DNA of 64,000 nucleotides, from the NCBI GenBank assembly GCA_002189035.1, contig NEEC01000014.1, forward strand, positions 2,108,001-2,172,000, written 5' to 3'. A program made the translations under genes and the position numbers. Below are positions 1 to 14,415 of this stretch, piece after piece (within the stretch, counting starts at the first letter, position 1; each line of letters opens with the position of its first letter). Below the pieces are notes generated by a model. That model searched no databases. It saw only the letters and a program-made list of their open reading frames with translations, and was not told the DNA's origin. The stretch comes from Utricularia gibba. Lineage: Eukaryota > Plantae > Magnoliophyta.

Positions 1-1764
1 AGCAAGTATGAAGCACAGCTCTTCAGAGAGCCATTCCAAAATGAATCTGCTGATGAATTGAAACGATTTGATACTGATTTTTCTGCTGCTGAGATCTGTC
101 CACATCCACGGCACATGAAGGAGATGAAGCCCCATCAATTTGAGGGCTTTAATTTTCTTGTGAGCAATCTTGTAACTGATAATCCAGGAGGTTGTATTAT
201 GGCACATGCTCCTGGTTCAGGTAAGACGTTTATGATTATTAGCTTCCTTCAAAGCTTCATGGCCAAATATCCAGCTGCCAGGCCACTTGTTGTGCTTCCG
301 AGAGGAATATTGCCGATTTGGAAAAAGGAATTTATTCGATGGCAAGTTGAAGACCTCCCTTTGTATGATTTTTATTCCGTGAAAGCAGATGGCCGCTCCC
401 AGCAGTTGGAAGTTCTTAAAGAATGGATTAATGAGAGAAGCGTGTTATTTCTTGGTTATAAACAGTTCTCTTCTATCATCTGTGACACCGATGATTCTCA
501 AGCTGCTGTTTTATGTCAAGATTATTTGCTGAGGGTCCCTACCATTTTAATTCTGGATGAAGGGCATACACCCAGAAATCAAGATACTGATGTACTAACC
601 TCCCTTGAGAGGGTTCAAACGCCAAGAAAGGTTGTCCTCTCTGGAACTCTCTATCAAAACCATGTCGAAGAAGTGTTCAACATTTTGAATCTTGTTCGCC
701 CCAAGTTCCTGAAGATGGAACATGCGAAGGCCATAAAGAGGCGTATTATGAGCCGTGCTGAAATATCAAGTTCAACAAAACTTACCAAGAATAAGAATTG
801 TAGAGACCATCAGTTTTATGAACTGATCGAGCATACATTGATAAAAGATGAAAATTCCAAGCGGAAGATGACTGTGATACAGGATCTGCGTGCAATGACC
901 AAAAGCGTCTTGCACTATTACAAGGGTGATAACCTGGACGAACTTCCTGGACTAACTGACTTCTCTGTCTTTCTTCAGCTTAGCGCAAGTCAAAGAACTG
1001 AGGTCAAGGAATTGGCAAAAACCGGACTACGGAAATTCACAATATGTGCCCAAGGTAGTGCAATTTATCTTCATCCGAAACTGAAGGCTCTGGCTAAGCA
1101 GTGTGGTGTGAAAGATAGAGTTGATGTGGAAAAAATTAATATGCTCATGAATAAGCTAAATGTGAAGGAAGGTGCAAAGCTGAATTTTTACCTCAATCTT
1201 CTTCAGCTTTGTGAATCAAGTGGTGAGAAACTTCTCGTCTTCAGCCAGTATCTCCTCCCCCTTAAGTTTTTAGAGATGATCACTGGTCATCTGAAGGGCT
1301 ATTCTGTGGGCCGGGAAATGTTTATGATCACTGGTGAGTCAGATAATGATACACGTGAACATTCCATGGAGAAGTTCAATACTTCATCAGATGCCCGTGT
1401 GTTCTTTGGTTCCATTAAAGCTTGTGGAGAAGGGATTTCTCTTGTTGGGGCATCACGCATCATAATCTTGGATGTCCATTTAAATCCTTCTGTTACTCGT
1501 CAAGCTATAGGACGAGCTTTTCGACCCGGTCAGGTGAGGAAGGTATATGTGTATAGGCTGATTGCTTCCAAGTCACCGGAAGAAGAAGATCATTTGACAT
1601 GCTTCAGGAAGGAGTCCATTGCCAAGATGTGGTTTGAGTGGGATGAGTGCAGTAGTAGTTCTGAAAGACTCGAAATGAAGAGTGTTGATGTTGAAAACTG
1701 CAATGATGAGTTTCTAGTGACACCTCGGCTGAGTGGAGACATCACTGCTGTCTTCACAAGATGA
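1..1764 (+). CDS. DRD1: SNF2-family chromatin remodeller of the RdDM pathway, DRD1/CHR35-like; 3' portion only
   Basis: Frame is open from base 1 ([11 protein letters not shown]...). Helicase motifs: HAPGSGKT (I), LILDEGH (II), LSGTLYQN (III), [30 protein letters not shown] (VI). Stop TGA at 1762-1764. Confidence 0.9.
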   Translation, partial: SKYEAQLFREPFQNESADELKRFDTDFSAAEICPHPRHMKEMKPHQFEGFNFLVSNLVTDNPGGCIMAHAPGSGKTFMIISFLQSFMAKYPAARPLVVLPRGILPIWKKEFIRWQVEDLPLYDFYSVKADGRSQQLEVLKEWINERSVLFLGYKQFSSIICDTDDSQAAVLCQDYLLRVPTILILDEGHTPRNQDTDVLTSLERVQTPRKVVLSGTLYQNHVEEVFNILNLVRPKFLKMEHAKAIKRRIMSRAEISSSTKLTKNKNCRDHQFYELIEHTLIKDENSKRKMTVIQDLRAMTKSVLHYYKGDNLDELPGLTDFSVFLQLSASQRTEVKELAKTGLRKFTICAQGSAIYLHPKLKALAKQCGVKDRVDVEKINMLMNKLNVKEGAKLNFYLNLLQLCESSGEKLLVFSQYLLPLKFLEMITGHLKGYSVGREMFMITGESDNDTREHSMEKFNTSSDARVFFGSIKACGEGISLVGASRIIILDVHLNPSVTRQAIGRAFRPGQVRKVYVYRLIASKSPEEEDHLTCFRKESIAKMWFEWDECSSSSERLEMKSVDVENCNDEFLVTPRLSGDITAVFTR

Positions 1765-2280
1765 TAATTCCTTCTCCGTTAATTTTGTAGGTGAACTCCG
1801 CCCAGAGTTTCAGGAATGGAAGTCTTCTGTTCATAGATAGGTTATCAGTGCACACAGTGATCAGTACATAACACTAGCTTTCTGGAGTGATTTTCATGTA
1901 TTTGGAAAATTGGAGTTGGGAAGCGTGATCCAGTACATCACTCCTGAAATTCTTGAGCTTTTTTGCCAAAAAGAAGAGATGCTTCATGTTTTGGATAAAA
2001 AAAAAAATATGAATATGCAGGCAACCCCTCTGTTTAAACACAACCTGTACATACACACCACTAGTCTGATCGCATGCGACTCCTAGAAAGAAATAAATGC
2101 TCAGGAGTTCCATCGATGAGCGTGTATGTGTAAAAAAAGGGAACAATTTATTCTGGATGATTTACTACCCCTCGCAGCATGTGTGTGTGTGGTTTACATC
2201 CTTTTCCTGATTCCGTATTGTATTTCTATGGCAATCTGCAAATGGGAAGACACGAAAGAAGGATGCAAGTTGCTTCCTAT

Positions 2281-5200
2281 TCATGCAGTGCCGCTGTTTG
2301 CAGCAGCAGCAGCAGCAGCAGTGCGGCCAAAATCAGGTTTCTTCCCATGGTTACGGGGTAGAGGGTTAGCTCTTGATTTGTTGTCCGCACGCTTCCAGAC
2401 GATGACAGTGCCACCGAAATCAGAAGAAGCCAACATATTTTCTCCATGATTCCAAGCAACACCTATCACAGGATAGCCATGCCCCTGGTGATGGGCAATA
2501 GTCGCTGTAAAGCTTACCATAAAAAGTAAAAAAAAGAAAAAGGAAAAACCAGCACTGCTTGTCCTAGCCAAAGGTTTTCAAATCGCTTCAAAAGATGAAG
2601 TTTTGGAAAATTATATAATTAGCCTAATGCTGTAAAAAAGACAAGCATGAAAAATCAAAGAATTGACAGGGTAATAGATGACGAAGACGAAGAACCTGTA
2701 GCTTGTTAACACAAGTATGCTTTGGTCTTGTCAAGTCGTAAAAGTAGACGTTTGCATCCTCACTCCCAGCAACTACATTTGTGTGCGGAAAAAAAGGTCA
2801 GCTTGTTCGCATAGCTGAAATAGGACTATATACTGCACTACTCAAAAAAAAAAATGCATTAGATAGTGATGTCAACTGGGGAGGGCGTGCCTATAAATTC
2901 GCCTTTCTCGAGTGAAAGCAAGGGGCAGAAAGAGGCATGAATGCTGTGCAAACGTGGTGCTAATTTAAGCGAACAACGAAGTGTCAAGTAGCCTTGCACC
3001 TCCAGGGAAACACTACAACAGACATATCACCATCAAATCAGCTTGGGTTCCACATTTAAACACGTGAAGGAAGCACATATGGCTGGAGATAACCTGAAGA
3101 AAGATAGGCTTCCATCGCGACAAAAGGTCAGCAAAACAGGGCCATGTGCTAGCAAAGAGAACGTTCTGAATTGCACAGTTGTTACTGGAGACTTGGTTCC
3201 ACCACGGTGGCGGTGGGCACGCGCAACAACTCCAGTGTGGGAGTTCATGTTTACAGTGTAAACAGATCCCTGCATGCACAGTTGATAACGAAAATGAAGA
3301 ACTGTTATTCAGAGCAACGGCTAAATTCATGTACCTGAGAATCGCCGCAGAATATGAGTTGACCAGTGTGGTCATGATCCAAAGCTGTCACCTCACTGTC
3401 GAAATTGCACTTACTTATTGTCCTCCCTGTGCTGAAATTGTACACCTACAACGCCATTTATAGTATACATGAGCTGATGGATCAATGTGGTTCATGAAGA
3501 AGGGAACTCCTGGAAAGGAGAAAATGCAGATTTCTGAAAGAAAATGAGATATCAAACACATCAAAAAATGCTAGGCAACATACCACTATTTCTCTTTTAG
3601 AGTTGCCTACTGAAAGAAAATTGTTGTTCACCTGCAGAAATGGAACACACAACTTAGGGGCTCTGCTTAAGCCTAAGCAAACGAACACCGAGTGTTAGAC
3701 CGCTCAGAGTATTATAGCATCTGCCCTTTTGTTATTGAAGTAACGGGGAACACTTGGCTGTTGACAATTCCTTATCACGAAGTGTAATTACTGAAATAAA
3801 ACTCCATGTTCTTACAGGATGAAAGCGGATACAAAGTTGCGAAGAAACTCCATAAACGACACGCATGCAAATGCCTTTAGAGATATCCCACACGCGCACT
3901 GTCTTATCAACAGAGGTCGATGCAATATACTGATTATTCGAGGAGAAGTCAAAATCTGCAACATTTCATTGCAATTTAATTCAGGATAGCCCAAAATTAG
4001 CATAACATGTTAAGTATATAATCCTCTACTCGAAATAAAACCAAAGCAAAAAAAGTTTCCTGAGTGATTACTAAACAACGCCCAGAGAATCTGGAGGATG
4101 GCGTTTTAGTGAAGGAATCAAAAATATCAATCAAGATGCACGCCCACAACTACAAATGTTGCCACTGAAGTTGGAAAAAAGTTAACTCTGGATTATAGCA
4201 TTCTTTCCTTCGAATTTGAGCGTTCAGGTGATATTAAATCATGTTAATTGTGCGCAAGTCAAATAACCTTGAGAGCTCGGAAAAGATCAAACAGCCAATA
4301 AAAGTATAACCGACCTGTGATATCTTTTATGTGCCCTGTTAGCTGCTTCAGAATTGATGGAGTGGACACACAACATACTGTTAAGCTTCCATCTGATGCT
4401 CCAAAAGCAAGCAGGTCCGAACTCATATGTCCAAATTTCACAACCGTCACTATAAAATCCAACCATGAATTTTCCAGTTACAATTATTCAACACCTAGGC
4501 ATGTTAACAAAGGGAAAAGAAGCAGTTACGATTACCCATTGCCTTGCACTGGTCGAAGATACAGTGCATCCCAACAAAAGAGTATGCAGGAGGTTCACTC
4601 TTTTTACGAGGGTACTCAATGTCGCTTGCAATAGAACCGAGACTTGGGCTACGGCTATGTGATTTGCTTGCACTTGGTACACCCTATATGTCACACAGGA
4701 GATTTCTAATATTAAGGTTAACTCAAAATGAGGAAAAGCATATCTGGTGGTAGAAAAAAAAAACACAAACCCCATTAGCATTCCATTTGTCTGCATGAAG
4801 GAATTGTGGGAGTGGACTTCGAGATGGCATCCATCGTCCACTGATGCATCAACCAGTAAATTAACCTGATGTCAGAATCGCATAAAGGACAAGCTTGAAT
4901 AATACTCTCAAATGATGAATAAGGGTAAGAAGAATATGCACGGGACAATAGTTGAAGTTACGGTGATTAAATGGTTTCTTTCAAGAAATTAACTAACTAC
5001 AGCTACGAACCTCTGCCCTGGTGTGCTTGTGAGGCTTGGTGTCTGCATACTCTCCCCATCTTTCGACCTACCAATGTAATTTCGGTAGGCCACATAACCT
5101 TTTCCATTACATCTCCATTCCTAGAATGCATCATTTGTTCAGAAATCGTGTAAATGAAAATACGGTTATATCTTGCAGAAAGACTCGACGCAATAAGAAT

Positions 5201-5842
5201 ATCTGATGAGAAGACATCAAATGTGCAAAGCTTGAGGGGCAGCGCCAAGGAATTAGGATTACAGAACCATTGGAGGGGGTGGAAAATTTTATAGAATTGG
5301 CGCATTCAATTCATCAATTCACAAAAACAACAACTTCTAAAGCAAGCAATTATCAACAATGTAACCAAGACAGCCGAAGTGCACCCAGAATCCCGACACT
5401 CTGTAACGGGGGATAACAACCATAATTAGCGCCATTCCCAAAGACAATTTACAACGCAATTATAATCCAGAATTACTCAGAAAATAATCAAAGACATAGA
5501 ACTTGAACTCATTCGCAACAAATTGGCGTGCTAATGGAACACAAGCTACCTTTCTATATCATCGATTTTATGCGAATCTAATCCTAGGATGTCGCGATCG
5601 TAATGTCCAGAAAATAATTAAAAGGTTACAAAGACAAATACCTTACGCCGACCAAAGCCTGCCTCCGCCTTCCGGTGGAGCATGAGACGGCGTAGCCCCA
5701 TGTAACTAAGATCCGAATTAGGTGGCTGAAGCAAGCAACTGAAAAAATCAGGATCTGAATCACCATCAACTCCTGCTGTTTTATCCCGTGTACATTTCTG
5801 ATCCCTGTCTTCAGGTAAGAGCACACTTGCAGAATCGCACAT
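2281..5842 (-). CDS. WD40-repeat protein, WDR13-like, multi-exon
   Basis: Exons assembled by hand: 5842-5642 (MCDSA...FFSCLLQP...GLRRLMLHRKAE), 5120-5011 (EWRCNGKGYVAYRNYI), then PAYSFVGMHCIFDQCK, VTVVKFGHMSSDLLAFGASDGSL, DFDFSSNNQYIAS, VAGSEDANVYFYDL, and a last exon GHGYPVIGVAWNHGENMLASSD...VWKR. Start codon uncertain. Confidence 0.85.
2301..2321. repeat. (CAG)7 microsatellite encoding poly-Ala in the WD40 C-terminal tail
   Basis: cagcagcagcagcagcagcag on +; reads GCT x7 on the coding strand. Confidence 0.9.
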
Positions 5843-6439
5843 CGCGAAAGAATACACAAGAATAAATCAATCACGACCCTCCATCAATATAATCGAGAAC
5901 ACCTGCATCAACAACCCAAAGATCCGGTGCAGATACCAAAGATTACCGAACTACGTCGGCAAAGTTCAGGTTGCCTTTTTTTTCTTTTTTTATGTCGAGG
6001 ACAAGCAGAACCCAATATTGGAGCGGGAATTCTCTCACGCTCTTCCACATTGAGTACAACATCAAACCTTGTTGCACCTGCACCGGAACCGGATACGACA
6101 CCGTTCCGAGGTATAGATTCTCTACGTAATCCTTTGTTGGAGATTTGGAAATATATCTAAATAATTAAAACCAAAATATTTTACCTACAGCTTTATAATT
6201 TAAATTAGAGAATAATGAACTCGCAAACTAACTAAACTCTTTTTCGCCAATTTTTTTGGAATATTAAATATTTGTCCACGTTATCCAAATTCCGAGGGCG
6301 TAACAACCTGCCGAAAGGGAAAGGGATTCCTTCAGGATTTAAACTACAGACGACCGCGACACGCCATGAAGCGCATCCGCCACTAGAAAATTGAATGTAT
6401 AAAAATGCGCGGGGAGGAGGAATCTGTTACCAGGTTTCC

Positions 6440-7918
6440 ATGGCTTCACGCTTTCCATACCTTCTACTTCACTTTTCTCTCCTCTTTGTGACACTCTTCA
6501 GGTGGTCCGTTGCAACCGATGCAGAGAACTTCATCGATAACCTGTCGGAAGGGGAGGGTCTTTTGATTCGTGAAGTCACGGATCACGACGATGGATTTGT
6601 ATTCACGGAGAAGTCGCTGCGTAACGCTGATCACCATTTCAGCATCTTCAAGAGGAAATTCGGTAGGACGTACGCTTCGGAGGGGGAGCATGACTATAGA
6701 TTCAAAGTCTTTAAGACTAATTTGCGCCGGGCTGTCGAGAATCAGAGGCTCGATCCATCCGCCTTCCACGGTATCACGAAGTTCTCAGATCTCACGGTGG
6801 AGGAGTTCCAGGAAAATTTCCTTGGTATCAAGGAGCATAGGCCTCTTCAATTCCCTTCTGACGCTCACAAGGCCCCGATTCTGCCCATCGACGATCTTCC
6901 GAAGAACTTCGATTGGAGAGATCATGGTGCCGTCACTCCTGTAAAGAATCAGGTAAATTTCTTCTTGCAGGGATTGCTAAATACAACAAAGCATCTATAT
7001 TAGTCGCTATACCTCATAATTCACAAATATCAAATACTGCTGAATATGTGCTTATTATGTATGATTTTGATGAATGCGATTATCTTATACTTTCTAAAGG
7101 GTACTTGTGGGTCGTGCTGGACGTTTAGCACGACTGGTGCATTGGAAGGTGCCAACTATCTGGCAACGGGGAAGCTCGTGAGTCTCAGCGAGCAACAGCT
7201 TGTGGATTGCGATCACGAGGTTATTGCTACTAGACCCTGCAGTATTTCTGATATTCTCGTCCTTCGATTGCTATAGGGAATGAGAGTATTTAAAGCATTG
7301 GTAATCCTGTTTCTCAACCCGCAGTGTGATCCAGAAGAAAGAGGTTCTTGTGACTCAGGCTGCAATGGCGGATTGATGAACACTGCTTTTGAATACACAT
7401 TCAAAGCTGGTGGACTAATGCGTGAAGAAGACTATCCGTACTCTGGCAGAGATGGAGGCGCTTGCAAGTTCAACAAGAACAGTGTTGTAGCAAAGGTGGC
7501 AAATTTCAGCGTCGTATCAGTCGACCAAAACCAAATGGCTGCAAATCTAGTCAAGAACGGTCCTCTTGCCGGTATGCGCTTCACTTTCTAACACAAACCC
7601 CTTTCTCCGCTTTACACAGGAACATTGACCTCGCATTGCTTGATGGCAGTGGGTATCAATGCGGCTTTCATGCAGACATACATAGGAGGGGTTTCATGCC
7701 CCTTTGTTTGCGACAAGGGAGTGAATCATGGAGTGTTAATAGTCGGATATGGCGACGACGGATATTCCCAGATTCGGTTTAAAAAGAAACCTTACTGGAT
7801 AATCAAGAATTCTTGGGGAGAAAACTGGGGAGAGAACGGGTACTACAGGATATGCCGCGGCCGCAACATCTGCGGTGTGGACTCACTTGTCTCCACCGTC
7901 ACCGCCGTCACCAAGTGA
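6440..7918 (+). CDS. RD19: Papain-like vacuolar cysteine protease, RD19 subfamily
   Basis: Exons 6440-6952, 7100-7219, 7325-7571, 7650-7918, all GT-AG. Signal peptide; prodomain [13 protein letters not shown] and GITKFSDLT; catalytic [25 protein letters not shown]. Confidence 0.95.
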
Positions 7919-8261
7919 AATGATGATCATTTGCTCCACCTAAGTTTCATATGTAAATGGAGTATACACTTCTCTGAAGAAACTGCTTGATTCTTAGGAA
8001 AATCACATTCTAAATTTTAGAATTAGAAATGAATTAGAATTCAATTCAAATGTATGAAATGCAGGGGGCAATGAACCTGCTTATTCTCATCGTGTTGGCA
8101 ATATTACAAGAGGGAAAGCGAACCAGAGGAAGGGATAGAACATCACCTTGTCTGTGCACGGAAGCCTAATGACATAATCAAGAGGCAACCGGATTCAAAG
8201 CACATTTATGCACCCATCAAACCATTAATCCTAGCTCTCTACCTTTGGTACAGGATGCACG

Positions 8262-11200
8262 TCATTCATCATCGAGATCGAGTGTGATGAACGAGAAGGG
8301 ATAGAATTTATACCCGTCTCCTTCGTAAAACTTGTTCTGGAATTCCACCCAGTGGAGCCTCAAGGCATGTAGAAAGGCGCTTAATGTTTCCATCACCAGG
8401 AGCACTCCAACAGTGGCACAGATGAAGACCACGATACCAACCGCCAGGATAATTATATTATTGTACCTGAAGATGGTAGTGAAGCCACTCACGGTCTAAA
8501 ATCTAGCAATTGAAAGAACCAATCAGCTTACCCCCATGCGAGAAGAAGAACCTTCTCATAAAACACGCTGGACAACTCTGAGTGCGCAAGGCTAATAAAA
8601 AAGCAAAAGGTTAGGGATATGAGAAGGATAGAAGGCAAAGGAAACAGAAGGTGTAAATATAAAAAGCATATACCTCAGAGCCCACAAACGAAGATAAGAA
8701 GCTGTATTCGAAACTGCCCCAAGTACAAATTCTATGGTGTGTATGAGTTGATGGACAAAGACTTCACTGAACTCAAACTCGCCATGACCATGGGAGTCAT
8801 GGTTTGCTTCTGAGAGCAAAGACCCATCTGTTTCTGGAACTGGCTCATAGCCCCCTCTATGTTGCCTCTAGTAATAGGGAAAATAAATTTGAAAGACCAG
8901 GGGCAATAATAATAAACCAAAAATGTCAAGTCAAACGAGAACATACATCATGTTGCATCTTTAAAAGGAATGGCTTGGGAAGAAGCATCCATGGGACAGA
9001 AACAAGCGCCAACAGCAGTAAGACAAGCTGCAGATGAGCCTCAATTATGGATTTTAAAGGAATGGAAAAGTTTGCCCAAGATTATCCTCAGATATTAAGT
9101 TGATTACTTAACCTGAATTGTTTTCTGGCCAGGGAAAAGTTGGTTTTCACCAAGGTCATCAGTAGGACTCAGAAACATGTATATCATCACGTGGTATAAA
9201 TCAGCTTGGGATCCAGTACACCACTTCACAATGATAAGAACAGAAAGATAGCCAAACAGACTGTTCAAGAATATCATCTGTGGAATAAACTGGAACCTGA
9301 ATATAGATTCAACAGCATAAGAGATTGAACTTTATAACAGAGCGATATAATTTCAAGATGCTGAATAATCATATTGATGCAGATGATAGATAGTAAGAAT
9401 TTATCAAAAATCAGGTAACAGCCACTCACCAGACGTTCAATGCATTCTTGAAGAACAGCGCATTGAAATAGCTCAGTATTATTCCCAGATTCATCTGGGC
9501 AACCCCAGAAGAATTGACATTTTCATTTTTAATGAATTCAGGAAGGGCAGCTCACTGCGTGAGCCATGCCAAGCAGGGTCCACTCCAAAAGGATAAGTAT
9601 CACGAGCCTTGATAAGGCCCACAGTGGTAGCATCACTACAATAGAATAGCTCGTGTTACATGAGGCGTGATGAAGCCAACACTGAACTAATGGTGTGTAT
9701 TGATGATACCTGCAGTCTGGGGCACGACATGCATATGCTGATCGTGCAAATAATTCAAATGGCACAGAGAAAAACTCATTATAGATTAATCCCGTGTAGA
9801 TTGAGAAAAGAGCCATCAACATAATTACATAACGTCCACCAAAAGTCATCTCCATGATGTCTCCAAGTTTCTGCACAGCATACACATGTAAGTATGGAAC
9901 TAAAAGATCAAGATGAAGCATTTAACAGCTAATTAAATGAAAATGCTGTGACTCTGAATTAAATCAAAGAAATTTTGATGCATGCTAATATTACAAACTG
10001 GCTCAAAAGTGTAACAAAATGGAAAAGCAAGTCAAGAGTCCAACAAGATAACAAACGCCACTCCTTCACGGTTACAAGAACACAACTCTTTGAAAATTGA
10101 TTCTGTTTCCAACTCAACAAGAGTTTCAAATACCAATTGCATATGAGGCACGGTGGGCCACCAAAAGGGAAAAAACGTACCAAGATAAGAAGTTTCATAA
10201 CCATGTAATTCTTCATGCATAAGACAGAATGGGTCGTTTATGTAGCAATCACTACCCAAACACACGCTTGATGCTTCAGTACAAGAAAAAATGCCAATAG
10301 AAAAATAATTGGTTTTTGTAGATAATTTACCTGACTGAGATACTTTTTTTCCCTGACAATCAAAAACAATGTACAAAGTAGAAGGCATATTCCATGTCCC
10401 CAGTCTCCAAACATGACAGCGAAAAGAAATGGAAATGTAACTATAGTAAAAACACCAGGATTCGCTTCTTGGTACTTGGAAATCCTGCCACAGAGCCAAA
10501 ATTTGAAAACCTCAATTTAAACATGTATCGCAAGGTTTACTGTCACACGGCCATTAACTATTAAAAGCCCAACGGACAAACAAGCATGGTGTTCAAACAG
10601 AAGAATGCTGAAGCATTATAGGAAACAGTAGAAGGACCATAGGCTGGACAATTTTTCTGGGTTTGACATTTTAGGAAACTAGTGTGGTATGCTTTTGGTG
10701 TCTTCAATAAGAAGTGTGCTTGTGCTTAGTATATGCAAATGGCGGACCAACAAACACATTTATCAACATAAGGGAAGCAGTGGGTAAAATACACTTGTGC
10801 CACATTGAGTACAGAATAACGTCACATTATTTTTATTTGTATAATCTATGCAAAAACAAAAAAAACTCACCCATAAGCATCAACAATCTCTTGGAAAGCT
10901 GAAGTGAATTTATTTGTTTGAAAATATGTTGGTGGCATCTCACGGGTATGCAGCACCTGGAAAATTGCATCAACTTCTGAGTTGGAGTTGTACGTTGCCC
11001 GGTGCAATGCCTCTTGAATCTGCAATCAAAATATTGTCAAAGTGAGTCCCATGAATAATACGCTGATAAGCTGGACTTCCAGCATCTGCACATGGATTAA
11101 CACAGATTCTGAGAAGAAAACTTCCGTAAAGGTATAACATGAAATTTCTACAGAAATAAATACCTTTTCTGTGGCAAAGACGGGACCCCATCCTTCCGCC

Positions 11201-13859
11201 ACTAGACATTTCTTGGAGACATCAATACTAAGCATGTTGAGGGTATGATAAATGGCTTTCTCCTTCTTCACCTGTATCATTAAAAAATAGAAGAGTCAAG
11301 GAGCTGGATAAAAAAAATGTCTTCCAGTTGAGAAAACTAATAACAGACCAAAAGGTTCCAGTGGTCAAATTCCTTCCCAATAGTTTGTAATAAACTTGCA
11401 CGGAGTGCAAATCCTGCATCAATTGTAATCTTCAGCTCTGATAGTTTGGCATCAACCTGAAGTTAAAGAAGATATTCTGCACAATCAAATTACATGCAAT
11501 AATTGCTGGAAACATGAATAAAATATAGCAAAATATGTTGGAAAAAAGCATCTGACAAGAAAATCAAAAGAACTACACAAGAAATTCAAAAATTGTATAC
11601 CTCATTGATCAGTTGAGAATGCTTTTTTACGTCCTCATCAAAAGGATAACGATTCGCACCAAAAGCTTCACATATCTTGAGGATCTTATTTTTTGCCCGT
11701 TCTCCAGAAAAAAAGACCACAAAGACATTCTTTTCACCCTGCATCAGCAGAATCAAACATGAGAATCGATAATATTTTCATTTTCAAAAAACAAGTTAGT
11801 GGCAAGCATGTAGGAAGGCCTTCCAAAATGAATATTCAGGAATGGAAGTCACCATGTTTCAACATAACACCATGTAAACAACATCGCACAAGGTAAAAAC
11901 ACAATGGTAAGATACGATGACTGCAAGTTAATTGGCTTGGTCACTAAAAAACACTTACAAGATCCCTCATCAATTTGATATCGTGGTGTAATAAATGAAC
12001 ATTATACAGGAAGAGGAGTAAGAACTCAACTCTAAGTACTCACTAATATAAATAGAAAATAAGAAACAAAAAGCATGCCAAAACCTCTCATCAGCATTCC
12101 TTCACTAATCCTATTGCAATGCATAAAATAGGGGGAAAAAAACTGTGGTATACCTTCTCCCCTGATACAGGGTCGATCACTGGATCATCCACCTCAGACT
12201 GCTTCAGAAAAACATTTCCACGGGTAGCACGGAATAAGATCCTCTCAAATGCTAAAGATTTACCCCTTGGAACAAGTCCAGTTATAAATCCTAGCTTAAC
12301 TTGCTTGGATAAATCAACTAACTTTTCCTGTGGACAGAAAAGAATCAACATCTAAAGAACCAAGAATTGAAACTAGAAAATAGGCACATACCTGCTCAGT
12401 CAACAAAGGAGTTTCCAAAGATTCCTCACCAGATTGATATTCCCTCTGCTGTGCCTCAGCACTTCTCAAGGCAGAATCAAAAAACTCACTAGCCTACATA
12501 AATGAAAGCACTAACTTAAGCAAAGGCAAGAAAGGTTGAATAACATGATGAAACATTCTCTCTTAATATTTAAGGGATGTCAAGAATAGTTCATGACATG
12601 CATTTTACACACAAGCGTACATTTGAAGTGAGTGAAAGAGTTGATACCTTTTTTAGAACAAGCCTGTACTCCACAAGTTCATTGTAAGAGCGTTGCAACT
12701 TCTCACCATTTGCATTCATTTCAACTAGCTCAGCCTCAAGGCTCTCAAGTTTCAGCTGAAATAGCGTTGATCAAAGGTACAATCACAAGCCCCTAAATCA
12801 AGGCACATATGATTACTCAAGGTACCTCAAGGTCATCAATGTTCGTTATGGAAGGGGGCAAAGTCCCCTGAGAAAATTGCAGGCCAGCCTTGGACATTTG
12901 GTCACGAAAGAATCTTAATTTACGTGCCATTTCTCCGCATCTTTTAATCTTCACAGACAACAAACATAAGAAATAAAACTCCACTCGGTATATATGGAAC
13001 AGAGAAATTAGGCTTTTAATCTGGAAACTCCACGAAAACAAAAAAACCCAATATTAGCATAACATATGAGAGCTGAAGAGGACGCCACATCACCAAGTCG
13101 CAAAAGGCATTACTCAAACACAGCTCACAGTATTTCATGGCATCAGTAACACTCAAAAACTGGATATAGCTCAAATGGTGCGAAGAGAGTAATACCTGAA
13201 TTGCATATGTTCGCTGGAATGGGCTCTTATCGGCATTTAACTATCAAAGAAAAAAAGGCACATGTGAAGTCTGATGCGTAGGATCATAGGAATTACGCTG
13301 AGGGGCGTCATGTAAGAATCTTTTCTTTATAACATGGTGTACAACTAGAGAAGCGAGTTGAAACAGACACTCTGATGAAATAATGTCAAGGTATCTTATT
13401 TTTAAAATGTTTCATAGACTGACAGGTCATCTTAATCAAATTCCACATCCTAAATCCAAACATGCCAACACTAAGTTCCCCTAGGCCTAAACTAAACCCT
13501 ACATATTCTCCCTAAATGAACAAGCAGAATCAGGCCTCCTATTGATACTCCATCATAGTAACCTAGTCGATTTCTGATTAGCAGACCCAACAGCGGGAGA
13601 AAACAAATGAAAAGCTATTAATTTAAACTTCACACCCCATAAAGTTACGCCAACATTCAGAAAATAAAAATCAGACGTTTGCGCATAAAACCAAAGTCGA
13701 AAAAAAAAAACGAACGTCTTTAAACTGGATAAGCCCAATATCGCCGATATAAGAAACAGCAAGGTGAGCTGATTCAATAGGAATTATAAGCTGGACGAGC
13801 TGCATCGCCTCCGACCGCATCAGATCCATCGATGGACAGCACATCCTCCGCTCCCCCAT
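8262..13859 (-). CDS. VHA-a: V-type proton ATPase subunit a (VHA-a2/a3, tonoplast type), about 18 exons
   Basis: Starts [23 protein letters not shown]. Also [99 protein letters not shown]. The exons I checked join in frame. Confidence 0.95.
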
Positions 13860-14415
13860 TCCCCGACGCCGGAGTGGATAAACTCTGCTCTTCTTCGAGG
13901 AAAAAAAAAAAGACAGCGAATTCGCTAGAATTTTATGCTTCCAGGAGAGAAGCAACGATATCAATAGAGCGGATCAAAACATAGCTGTCCGTGAGAGGAC
14001 AATTTAGACGAGAAGCGTGGTACTCTGGAGAGCTGATGATTAACGTGTTGTAAATCGCGCGCTTCTCAGCTGCTGCAGCCCAAACTGTTTTCGAGTTCGT
14101 GGGCCTGAGGCAAAATCCACTTGGACTGGCTCAGTAACAAGAAAAGATATTGGGCCAACAAATCCGCGACACGTGCAGGCAGCCCTTGATTTTTAATTTT
14201 AAGGTTTCCCACATGTTAAAAGCTACGTTATCATGAACGGATGAGATAACATTAATGCGTCGTTATAATATGGTATTTGTATATTAAATTGTAATATAAT
14301 TGGGTAGGTATATATTCAATTGTAAGGTATATAATAAATTATGTGTTTGATATCTCATAACATACATTTGATGTATAACAATTGAAAAAAGTATTTAATA
14401 TGTAAGAATAGAGAT

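Noticed and set aside
6068-6087. 13-nt match to the miR530 core (TTGCACCTGCACC) in the WD40 leader
   Set aside because: About five mismatches against miRNA positions 1-5, and no hairpin.
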